From Daphnia carinata (lineage: Eukaryota): a DNA stretch of 64,000 nt. Numbering within the stretch: the stretch's first letter is position 1; every line of letters begins with the position of its first letter. Shown here in pieces: positions 52,101 through 64,000 of this stretch. The notes beneath the pieces were generated by a model. That model was given only the letters and a program-made list of their open reading frames with translations. It ran no database searches and was not told the origin of the DNA. The stretch lies in the NCBI RefSeq assembly GCF_022539665.2, contig NC_081333.1, forward strand, positions 1,550,001 to 1,614,000, in the 5' to 3' direction. The position numbers and the translations under genes were made by a program.

Positions 52101-55100
52101 GATCCTGGAGTGGCGCCAGCTTTCAAGCTGACCACCTTACCTGCTCTGATCTACTTCCGACGTTCGATACCTATTCGTTTTAGCGGGGATTTAGTGGATG
52201 AAGAAGGCGTCCTGAAATGGGTCACTACCACCAAAGAACAAGACGTGGACGTCATTGAAGAAGTTGATGTTGCCACTTTGGAGAAAATGCTCGAAGATCA
52301 CGTCAATGTCGTCGTATACTTTTGTAAATTTAGCCATCAATTTTTACAGCTAAAAATTTCTTTTAAATTGAATTACCTCTTAAAACAATTCGTGTAGATG
52401 CTAAGGGATGCGGTAAAACGTGCGAAGTAGCACTCAACCGGCTTGAGAACATCGACGACGATGCCGGACGCCACGGAATTCAATTCGTCAAATCGACATC
52501 AGTAAAGACGGCCAGCCGGCTGGGCATCGACCCACTTCCTGCCTTGGTTTTCTTCGACGACGGTCAGCCGGTCAGATACAACGGTAAAAGAGCTGGCACG
52601 GCACATGGCGTGCCGACCAAAGTTGTCACTCGCCTCCCTAATGTGGCCATGATCTAGAATGATTTTTCAGCTGCACTTTTACGTTACTATCGTTATTAAA
52701 ACCCCCTCAAGAATTCAATTCCACTTTAGATTTACCGGCATCCCCTTTCAACCTCATTCTTCTCCGTCCTTTGAACGTTAGTTATTTCATATGTTCTTTT
52801 TTTTTTTCATAATTATTCGAACAAAAAACACCCTCCCATTGCATTAAAAACGCGCTAAAAACAAGAAACAACAAAACATGGACAGTTCTACGATTTAGCA
52901 TTGGACGACTGTCAAGTTGGAAACGCTAACAATGTTGCAGTTTTCCGCGAATGAAAGGTGGTGAAAACGTAATCGGTCACATGACAGGAGACCTGCCCCA
53001 GACGAATACGAAAACAACTTTGACCTTAATTAACTATTCTACCGATTGCGTAATATTTGTTGGGAACCAGTGCCTAGGGCCATCAGCTGATACCCATAAC
53101 TTACACAGTTATGTTCTATTTACACGTGACGACTTTTCCAGCGCTTGCAAAATGTCAACAATCAGCTTCCTCTCTTTTGGCTTGTTTTTTTTTTTTTTTT
53201 TTGTTGATACTGTTCACCTTTTTAATTACATAAAATAGCGAGTGTAATTTGCTCGAAGCTTTGTTACGGGGAAGCAGTTCAACATCCCCTTTATATGTTA
53301 ATGTTTGCAAGAAAAGAACGAGAAAAAAACAATTGATTCCCCCAACAGGTGATCCGAGTGAGGAGGCCGACGCTCTGGATTGGCTGATTTCCCGTCAAAG
53401 TAAGTTGTCTAATCAATTCAACTTCTGTATCTGAAACAAAAATTTGAAAAAAAAAAAAAAAAAGTAGAAAAGGAAATCATGAAATCAGTCGATCTTTGTG
53501 AAGTCCTCTTCATCTCTCTTCGCGTCTCCCCGTTTTGTTATCACCTGTCTTTAACTTTTGTTTGGGCTTTTTTTTTTTTTTATCTGTGACACTCTGCATC
53601 CGAAAAGTATTGCAATTCGCTTGCTCATTTGTTTGTTCTGTATTGTTGATGTCATTTGATTTCATCTAACGCGATTTTTCATTGGATCTTAACAACTCGG
53701 CAACACCAACACATTTTTCTTCGGCAAATGTAGCCTATCTTGCGAGGCTATTCAACTTCTTCGTGAACTCTTTTTAACTTCATTCACGGCATCTCCACTA
53801 ACCCCATGTGCATAATTCGTTTAACTGCTACACAGTCGCACCTGTGTTCTTTTTCTCTGACATCGACGCATCTTTGGGTACCCCAAAAAATTTTAAACGG
53901 ACGGAGACAGCGAGAGAGATGTATGCATCCGAAAGGATAATTCCAAAGGCAATTTTAGATTGAAGAAAAAAATTCAAATGTCAAGAGAAACGAGAAAATT
54001 GAAAAAAAAAAAAAAAAAAAAAAAAAAAACTGGAACAATTTTTGCATTGGTTTGGTACCGTCCAATCTGCGTGTGTGTCTGTGTCCATAGGCCGTAAGCA
54101 ATCGGGCGGAAGGAGGTGCCAAACAGTTGGAATGGAGGATCAACAACAGCCGGGCAAACTGCGGAAATACGAATGCTGTCCAGTCTCATCCAAGTCGAAG
54201 AAGAAATCACAGAAGCTGGTCAAAGGGGTGGCCTTCATCGGCGATGAAGACGATTGCGACGAAGACGACTACATGCGAGACGATGATTTCCTCGACGACG
54301 ATGACGATGACAATGACCACGACTACCATGACGATGATGACGATGACGACAGCCCGCACCATAACCCATCTATCCCCGATCCCGACCAGCACGACCACAC
54401 TAGTTCACCATCCTCGTCGCCACAGCACGCTCAGTCATACGATTACGTTTCTGATGATGAGTTTGTCACTGATGCAGGTATACACACAGTACATGTGCAT
54501 CAGACCCTACATATCCACGACACCACTTTATTCCTTCTTCAAATTTCTTAAAATAATTGATTTATTATCTTATTCTGGCTAAAGTACGTACACTGCAATT
54601 GAACTAGACGTAAACTGCACTTAATTTAGACGTTTGGTACTTTACATAATTTTGCTTGTTTTCTTTAACAGAGGACACTTTCGAAGAAGATCACGTGCTC
54701 GATTGGATCCTGGAAATGCATCACGGCAACACGATGAAGAACGTTTCTCGTCAATCTCTCTTGAGCATGGTTGAAAATTATGACTATCTGGCAGTTGTTT
54801 TCTGTAGGAAAAACGATCATTTTTGTTTTGTACATCATGTGACATTTGCTGTGTTTCTTCGTAACTTAGATACTGTCGGCGAAGAGGAGAGCGAAAGAGT
54901 ATTGCGTCGTTTAGAACTCATTGACATGGAAGTACAAGAGTATGGCACTCTGCTCGTCAAGTGTGATGATTATCTCATGTCCAAGAAATACGGCCATCGT
55001 TCCACTCCGGCCCTCGTCTTCTTCCGACATGGAAAGATCCTCCATTTCGAAGGTAGGATTCCTTTTTATTTCTATTCGCATTCTTCTCTGTATTAATGAA

Positions 55101-58100
55101 AAATCTGATTTTTTTAGGAGATTTAATGGACGAAGAAGAAGTTTTGGATTGGCTGACTGATCCGGAGAACATGGAATCAATGGATCGCATTGAAAGGGTG
55201 AATCGCAAAATGTTCCAACGAATTCTCCAGCGATCGGATTTTTTGGCAGCTTTCTTTTGTAATTCATTTTTGAATAATTATTTTTAACGTTTTGCAGGAT
55301 TTGATTGTAATTCCGTACTATATTTTTGCGAACGACAGACAGTGACGTGGATTGCAAGCAATGCGACAAGGTGCTGGAAGAGCTGGAACATATCGATGAC
55401 GAAGCCGATTCGGCTGGTATCGATTTCGTGAAAATTGATGATAAAGATTTCGCTCGTGAAATGGGTGTCTTTGCATTGCCGGCTGTTGTCTTCTTCAGAC
55501 ACGGTCACCTGGATCCTGTTATCTACGCTGGTGACCTCAAGAACGAAGAACGACTTTTGGAGTGGCTTCTAATCCAAAAAGATCCTACGAGTGACATGAT
55601 TGAAGAGTACGAAGACGAACAACTTGTTGAATGCATCCGCAAATTGGAATTTGTCGCCGTTTATTTTTGTAAAATTAGAAATTTTTTATTATTCAGAGAA
55701 GTTTATGTAAATGATTGAATTTATTTGCAGATAACAAGCAAGAGTGCGAGCAGTGCCTTAGCATCTTGGATGAACTGGAGAATATCGATGACGATACAGA
55801 CCGTCATGGCATCAGCTTCGTTAAAACTCAAGATCTGAATATCGCTACCAACTTTGGAGTTCATGAATTTCCAGCATTGATATACTTTGAAAATCAAGTA
55901 CCCAGCATTTACGAAGGTTTTTTTTTTTTTTAGCCGATCTTTAAAATTAAAGAAATGCGTTCCATTTACCTTTTGTTACAGGAGAATTAACTTCCGAAGA
56001 TGTGCTGCAATGGCTCATACAACAGAAGACAGAAGACCGAATTGAAACTGTGACCAGAAGTATGCTGGAAAGTTTGCTCATTAATGTCCAGTATCTGGCC
56101 GTGTACTTTTGTAAGTTCAACACACTGTGCAGTTGAATTCATTTCGTTTACTAAATGTATTTACCTATAGACAAGCCCAATTGCAAAGCCTGCGACCAAG
56201 TGCTGGTTGAGCTGGAAAACATTGACGACGAATGTGATTTGTTCGGCATTCAAATGGTGAAAATCCAGGACCCGCAATTGGCCAAGCGCTATGGCATCAA
56301 AACCTTCCCAGCTCTGGTTTACTTCCGCAATGGAAATCCATTGCTCTACGACGGTATTTATGAGACTCTTTTTTTCGCTAACAAATTAGCATAAGGTGAT
56401 ATTTTTATCATATTAAACAATTGAACATGAAGAGAAAGAAGCCATCGACTAGCTTTTTAGAAAGGTGCATGATTGCAGTAGTTTTGAATTAGACATTGAT
56501 CAGCCGGAATTAAAAAATTGTCTTGTTGAATGTCAATACCAATCATATCCTCCGGAAGGTCTTCAGAGATGGTAAAAAAAAAAACAGGAAAGTGAACGAT
56601 GTCGTTAAAAACAAAAATGATATGATGGTGCACCTATAAAAATAACCTGATTCTGAATTGCTATCGCTATGGATCATTTCCTACTCACCGGATTATACCT
56701 ACCCACTTTTCTACCTGCACCATCGTGAACCCTATGACGTCGTCGTGTAGGCGATTTGCGGCGCGGTAAATTGCTCTATGAATGGCTGACCGACGAGGAC
56801 AATCGTGAGCTCGTCGATGCTATTGAACGAGTTAACGGCCACATGCTCGACCAGTTAATTGACGGCTCCGACTCCCTGGCCGTCCTTTTTTGTAAGTACT
56901 ACAGTTTTCCTTATTTCCAATTTTTCACGCTCGTAACCACGTTGAATCACGATAAGCTATCGCAATAAGGTGCATAGTGAACCATCACTTTAATGACGCT
57001 AGAAATTGTGGATTACTCGTAAAAACACGGCCAGTGTTTTCAACCTAACGATCTAGTTTGTAAGAGTTCATTTTAATCGATAGATAGATGGCGTTCGTAA
57101 TAGGCCACGTAGGAGATAGATTAACGTTAATTAATCATGAAAACAGACGATGAAATGTTCAGCGCTTAATCCGATAAGGTAAGATGAATGGATTTTCAAT
57201 GTAGCTGTCTTACTTGTCCGTCATAATTGGCCCGTTTGACTTTGTAGTGTCACTTGTAGCATTAACGTCAAGATAAATAACCCATTCATTTCAGGCTTAA
57301 GAAATTCTTTATCACTATAATGAATATTTTTACTAACACAGGTCTTTGGCTTCTTTCTAATCAAGAATTCTCTCACTTTTTCAGTTTTATCTCTTTCAAT
57401 GTGTTTCCTTTTTTTGTTGCGAAAACCTGAATTTTCACGCCACTTTTCGCACTGAAAACTGTTTTCTTTTTCTTCAAGAATTTTCCTTTTAAAAAAAACC
57501 TGAAACGAAACATTTTAACGTTTAAAAACGAGAAAATGTCCTTCAGTTTTGGATTGTTTATAACCAATTAAAATCATTGGCATTGCTCGTTCTTTTTACA
57601 ACGGTAAACAAAAACAAAAGAACCTAATTAAATGCAGCCGACGTTTACAATTTCTCGGGCTCGAGCCAATTGCTATGGCCCGTCCGGAATGTGTGACATG
57701 GCTGTCTATGTAAAATATGCAAGCAAAAAAAAAAAAAAATCGGACTAATGTATACATATAGGAGACTTAAAGAACGAGGACTCGGTGCTGGAGTGGCTGT
57801 CGGATGACGACAATCGAGAACTGGCCGACGAAATCGAGGCCGTCAACAGCCGCATGCTGGAACGGCTCCTCGATGAATCGCCTTTTCTAGCCGTCTACTT
57901 TTGTAAGTATTGTGCGTAACAACTCCCACCACCGTTTAATCTCATTGGATCGCTGCCATTTTTCCTGTTCCAGAGCCTTAAATTCACGCGTGCATAGATT
58001 GTAGTGTTTAGCCGGTAGAAGTTCCACGTATAGGAAGGTTATATCCCATTACCCTGTTGTTAGACTTGCCCCAAATAGCAAAATTTCTTTTGTAATCATA

Positions 58101-59449
58101 ACATTTTTTTTGAACAGATGACAACGACTGCCCCGACTGTAATACCGTCCTGACCGAACTGGAGAACATTGACGATGAAGCGGATAAATTCGGTAAGTGA
58201 AACAAGCTCCTTATTTCAATGCAAAATAAACATACAAGTTTTAAAAAATTTCATGCATATTATTTGAATTTAGGTATCGACTTTGTCAAGATCAACGATG
58301 AAGAAACGGCCAAGAAGTTTGGAATTATTCATACCCCAGCCTTGATTTATTTTCGTAAACGTACACCCATGATTTATGACGGTAAATCATCTTTTTCCTT
58401 ATTCAGATTCGCTTTCAGCTTTTACTTTTTATTCGGCACAACTGAGCCAGTCGGTTACTCATCGTTGTACGTCAACACGCAAAACTGCGTTTATTTTTCG
58501 CAACAATTCGTGCATCTGTTTCGCCTCTAAAATAACAAACGAGTTTTGGGTGGGTCCTTTGCTTCCCTTTCGTGGTTTCCGATAAGGAATTCACGAGGTT
58601 GGCCTATTTTCTTATCGTTTGCGCACGATTTCGTGTTAGTTCTTTTCTTTCGAGTTTTGCGCCATTGGCTGACGTTACCCAACTGAATTATATCAAATGC
58701 GGATTATGGCTCAATGTCAGGTGATTTTATCTTCTCTATCAGATCGTATTGGGGGAGTACGGAAGAAGCGAATTGCGTTGTGTACCTAAATCTTGATAGC
58801 AAGTTTGCTGAATGGAATACGTAAAATGATGCGGGTGACGATCCGCTGCACTTGATTATCAAATAATACCTTTCCCTCACTTCCTCAAGGTGATTTGTTG
58901 GACGAGCAGCGTGTCCTTAGTTGGCTAACTTCGCAGGATGTCTTCGAAATCAAGGACGAGATTGAAGAGGTCAACCGTAAGATGCTGGATAAATTACTCG
59001 ATGAAAACGAGTTTGTGTCCGTCTATTTTTGTACGTCATTTACATTCAAAAATTTCAAATGAGCAATCAATCGTTAATTTATTCATCGAAATGTAGATGA
59101 AAATAATTGCCCCAAATGCCAGGAGGTGTTGCAAGAGTTGGAGAACATTGATGCCGAGACAGACAACTTGGACATTACGTTCGTCAAAATTCGAGATACG
59201 CGCTATGCTCGCAAATACGGCGTCACCAAGTTCCCCGCCATGGTTTACTTTCGACGCCGTTTTCCGTCCATCTACCGCGGCGACTTGATGGCCGAGGAAG
59301 AAGTGCTAGAATGGCTTCAGAAAAACCGCTTCAAGCAACCAGAGCTCAATCTTTTCATGTACGCTCTTGGCGGCATAACATCGGGATTCATTTTCTACAC
59401 CATTTTCCTCCTCTTCTGCTTCAAAGGACCGCATCAAAAAACTGCCTAA
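46163..59449 (+). CDS. hlk: Large type-I membrane protein with ~15 tandem thioredoxin-like (PDI/calsequestrin-like) repeats; hulk / l(2)01289-like
   Basis: Signal peptide MKVTWCWLVCLVAVVHQVSSA (exon 46163-46361). More than 30 short exons encode the recurring unit IE(D/E)V...L..L......LAV.F-Y...(CxxC)...L.ELENIDDE.D..GI.FVKI.D...A..YG....P.L.YF....P..Y.GDL..EE.VL.WL. A C-terminal TM segment (LFMYALGGITSGFIFYTIFLLFCF) precedes a short tail KGPHQKTA*. The family name is from recalled similarity to the Drosophila multi-thioredoxin protein; not searched. Confidence 0.88.
56751..57902 (+). other. Pair of duplicated 141-nt exons (56751-56891 and 57762-57902), candidate mutually exclusive/alternative exons
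   Basis: Same length, same phase (1-1) and homologous peptides: GDLRRGKLLYEWLTDEDNRELVDAIERVNGHMLDQLIDGSDSLAVLF versus GDLKNEDSVLEWLSDDDNRELADEIEAVNSRMLERLLDESPFLAVYF. No full second-half-repeat exon lies between them. Confidence 0.75.
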
Positions 59450-62400
59450 AACTATCCCCTTTAACCCTTCCCTGCCATTCATTATATTGTCGGCCTTCTA
59501 AACAGGAAACATACAAGTTCAGAATTTTTATTTTACCCAAAGAGACAAAAGAATCCGAGTGTGAAAGAACATTTTTGTTTGCACGGATCATCGTCTCTTC
59601 TCGTGCCTTTTTCCTCCCCCCTAAAATAAAGACTTGAGGTTAGCCAATCTGTGTGGTTTAATCTATTGTGAAAAACACCTGACGTTTTGCTGATATAAAG
59701 AAAAAAAACCTTGTCTTTTGGTGTTGAATAACGACAAGAAATCGTTGGCGTAAACGCGTGTAACATTGACTTCATTTTTGCGGTTTTTCTTTGCCACATT
59801 TTTTTTGTTTGTTTATCTATAATCTACTGTGTGTTACAGCCTTGTGATGGCGGATCAAGGTGAAATGGGGGAGGTAAAGAAAAAAAAACACGACATCGCG
59901 TGTGTGACTAATAATATCTATGGAGTAATTGTTCTCCATCTTTCTTTGAACCTGAACATGCTTCCTTTTTCAATCGAAAATGGAGCTGAAAAAAAAGGGA
60001 TTTGACAATACAATGATGAAGTGCTGTACAGTCGAATTTTTACCACAGTGCCAATAACAGATATGACTTTGTTTGCGTCTTCTTCTAATTTGATAAAATG
60101 CATTTGACAAACCCACTACTGCCTCTGTACTGTTCTATCGCCATTGCGTGTCTCTTCGGTTTTTATCCCTAGCGTCGCACCACTAATATCGAATGAATTG
60201 GCCGTGAGCGATTCTTCTTTCCGCTGTCGCATTTTTCTTGTGTTGATGGGATAACATAGTCTTTTTTTTCCGAATTCATTTTCGAAAGCCCTCTTCTCCT
60301 TGTATTACTCTATTTTCCTTTCCCCAATTCATTGCCAGTAAGCTGTGCCTTTTTTTTTTTTTTTGCTGTGAATCAGGTGAGATCAATTACACACGACATG
60401 TCACACGTCCATTTTGAACCAGTTCTTGTATTGCACTTGGTACAGCCACATTCCAGTAGCAATAGCAACACTAGTTTTGATATGACAGAAGATTGGGTTA
60501 AAGAGTGAAAGTGTCATGGCCCCTGAACAGAATGTTTTCTTGGAAGCTAGTGTCTATGTTAAAGAAAGACTTTTCAAAGACATTTCCTGATTTCATAGGA
60601 CAACACGTTTCGAAAACATGTAAAGGACATTTACGGTGAGAACTATATAATAGGCAACATTAGTGAGAAAAAGAGCCTTTTGGTTGCCCTCCTGATTGAA
60701 AACCTTCAACCCTGGTAGTTAAGTTGCTTATGTAATGCATAGATTAAAAGTTGCGAACGATGACTTGCGTGATCGCGACGAAAAGTGAAAGTTAATTTCC
60801 GATCGACCTTGTAAACAAGACGGCACAAAAAAAGAGCAGACAGCTTTTCAAATCTTGGGTCATAAAACTAGTAACACCATTGATTAGGAAGTGTTTTTGA
60901 TTAGCAGTGTTATACTAATACAGAGAGAAAAGTGCTGCTGGAGTACCGGAAACCGCAGTCTTCTTGCAAAATTCAAAGGTAAATATGTCTTCTATTATTG
61001 GAACAAAAATTGTTTCATTAAACTTAACTGTCGGTAACTATGTCTTTATTTCCCGTAATCGAAGGCTTTCCTCGTCGTAATGGGAAATGCTAGAGCACCG
61101 TTCTTATGCAATAATTGACTCAAAAGATTTTAAGATCTCTATCTTTGTTTGCCATAGTTGTTTGCCTTGACTAATTTGCAAGATAGACTAGTTAATCAAA
61201 TGCTCCAAACATTTCAACAGCTCTTTAATGTATTCTTACATTAGATTAATCGTAATCGGTGCAGTTGGCCGTTTCTGACTTGATTGTGTTGTTAGTTACA
61301 AGCGCCATCTTTCATTATCTCCGTCGCGGAATCAGGTAAGCTTTTTCATTGTCAACTCGGCCTCGAATGGCCATTGAAAATGCACTTGTTCCTGATGCTG
61401 GAGCGATTTTTTGCTGCTTGTAAAAAAATGACTCTTTTACCTACGCAGATGTGGTTAAACAACTATAACATTTAGTAACCTTCACGGGTAGCACGCACGG
61501 TCAAGGTTGATTGTCCATATTTGTGTGAAAAGCAGTTGGAAGAGCAACAAAAGCCTTCGTTAACTAAGAAGAAATGCAGACTTCTTTCTTATTTAAATAG
61601 TTGCGAAAATAGATTTTTGTAATGCAACTAGCATGGGCTAAACCAATGCGAACATCCCTGTATGCATGTGAGATTTATTATTTGTATACGACGTCGCAAA
61701 ATGTTTTTTGTTCCCACTGTAGCATGACTTATGACAGCTAATGGGGGTAGATATGCATGGAACGTAAATTTCGGTTTATTAAGTAGAAACAGTTGGGTTG
61801 CAAGGGAAACTTACGGGCATTTGTTGTCTGTTGTCTGTTACAAATTGGCAACATGATTCCTCGAATACGGAACGCCAGTTAGCGAACGTTATAAAGCAGC
61901 CTCGTTTTTTTGTATCCTACAAGGTGAACTTTTTTGAGTTTTAATCAAATGGTGATCGACCTTCCGACGTTCGCTTACCTTTTTAAACTGGGTTAGTCCC
62001 GGAAAGCTTTTCTCATTCAGCCTTTTTATGGTCATTATAGTTCTATTACCATTTGGTTGAAATCAGCGGTTAAAATCTTTAAAAATACACGGTAGTCATA
62101 ACACAAGTGGTTTTTTTTCCAATTGTTATCGTACACCAGAAATTGAAACACGGTTTAAACGCAATCGTGACCGTCGACCTTGTTCCAAATACGAAACCAC
62201 TTGATCCAGTCGTTAGATTTCAATACGCGTACACTCGTAGTTTTGTTCGATTTTCGTGCCTTTCCTTCAATTCGATCTCTGTGTTTGTCACAATTAGTTG
62301 AATTTTTTGTTCTCCAATTATTACGGCTACGTGCTTTTCTCTTTTATTATTCACAGGCCTGGTCACAGCAACTAGTTATACTGGTTATCCAGTAATACAA

Positions 62401-64000
62401 GAAAGCAACTTTCTCAGTTGATCCTAGCTGTTTTTTTAATTGAAACATTTAAGCAAATCAGTTTTGATTTACATTTTAATCAACACTTAAAATTGTCAGC
62501 TTACTTCGCGGTAATGACTAAAACTTTCAGTGTCCTGTATACCTTGAGAATAAGTTGTCGACCGTCGTTCAAAAGCGTCTTGAATATTGTTGTGCTCAAC
62601 AACCTCGGCTACCGATACAGCCTCCATTCTGTACTCAATGAATCTACATGGAAGGTCGCTCACGACTGTGACGATGGCGATTTACATTCATCATATCGAT
62701 TGAATATTTCAAAGCTGCGTCACGAATTTCTTATACATCTTTTCTGAGTGGAAGGCGGGGGGAAAGGCTTAAAGCAATCATGTCAGAAATGCTGTCTTAT
62801 ACTCATTTGCTATTTTGTTTTGTTTTAGTCATTATGTCAAGGATCACCACAAGGAAAAGATAAAGCGATTCTATTAGTCCTCCACTTTTGCTATTAAATC
62901 CATCTTAATGAGGTCCGTGGGGGTAGTTGGGCCGATTTCAAATGTCTTATTAGACCTCCGGCGTACTATACTAATTGAACAATCATTTTTTAAGATACTT
63001 TGGCGTCATAGTCGTGAAAATGACAATATAAGGAAACCACAATAGGTATAAGTCGATATGGCTACCTTAATTGCTGTGGTATGCTCTATATTCTAGGGTA
63101 GCATGGTCATGTTAATTCTCACGCAGACGGCGCCAATCGTGCATGCATGGACAAGACTTTTTTTCCTATTTGTTTGCCCATTTTCAACAATGCTTGGCAA
63201 ATATAGAAGCTATGTCATAAAATCCGGATTTCTTCCTGTGGGTACCGGCGTATAGAATGGTACAATACAAATAGAATCATTGCACAATTTATGTCCTTAC
63301 ATCGTTATGGAATTGACATCAGTTGCAACGCACGCGGAGTCCTTGTCATGCCATCACGACCGCCTAATGAACATATGTCCAAAACTAAAACAAGAACAGC
63401 TAAAAACGCTTATGAATAATGATTCATTTCTTCGGGGATCATTTATGAAATATGAAATTGATATCGCAATGTTAAGTATTGCATTACCTTCATTTTTCAA
63501 TACCTGGAATTTTGGGAAATAAAAGCAGCAAGCTAGTGACATAAAGAGACGTTCCGTGTATAATCGAAACAACCAAATAAAAACAAACAAGCAAAACGAA
63601 AGGAAAACCTTCGTGCTTCACATGGCTAAAGTAGAAGGCTATATAGATGAAGGTTGAACTCAGCCGGCGAGACTTGACTGTGTGTTTTTTTTGTGTGTGC
63701 GTGGGTCGAGTTGCTCTTTGCTTTTGAATTTTTAAGGTGTTTTCCACTAGTTTTCTTTGCTTGCTTCTGTTTTACCAGCTTTTGCTTCCTATATCCTTTG
63801 TACATTTCCTTACATCCTTTTACGAAGAGGTGGAGCCAGTCCAGGTAAAGTGATGCTGCTTCCACAGGTCCATTTCAGCCAGTTGTTGTTCGAAACTTCT
63901 TGAAGCAACAAGATCCTTCTCACTTACGGACTACATTTCTTATCCGGTTGTCATTTGTTGTTTCAATAGCAAAAAAAATCACCAGTGGATATTTCAACTA

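Noticed and set aside
46163..59449. Regularly recurring DNA motif (GAACTGGAGAACATCGACGA...) resembling a spaced repeat array
   Set aside because: It is the coding ELENIDD motif of the thioredoxin-like repeats with synonymous variation, not a CRISPR-like or non-coding array.
63280..63865. Short ORFs at the right end
   Set aside because: No recognisable domain or consistent exon chain; cannot be supported from sequence alone.

Overview
Eukaryotic, intron-rich animal DNA. The compact 60-90 nt introns, poly(A/T) tracts and gene content suggest an arthropod, most likely a crustacean such as Daphnia (inference). I reconstructed six spliced protein-coding genes by hand. (1) A ~1300-aa secreted, low-complexity Q/P/E/H-rich protein (-). 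(2) A 13-exon opsin with the retinal-binding Lys and atypical signalling motifs (-), almost invisible in the ORF track. (3, 4) A head-to-head pair of ABCG5/ABCG8-type half-transporters whose ATPase motifs look degenerate in both partners. (5) GIPC/kermit (-). (6) A very large type-I membrane protein with about 15 thioredoxin-like repeats (hulk/l(2)01289-like, +). Gene 6 has a GC-AG intron, an Asp/His-rich cassette-like exon, two equal-length duplicated exons and a candidate stop-containing micro-exon. A pair of divergent tRNA-like pseudogenes sits in a repeat-like island near 43 kb. I saw no CRISPR array, rRNA or intact transposase. Exon coordinates are hand-derived predictions that need RNA-seq confirmation.
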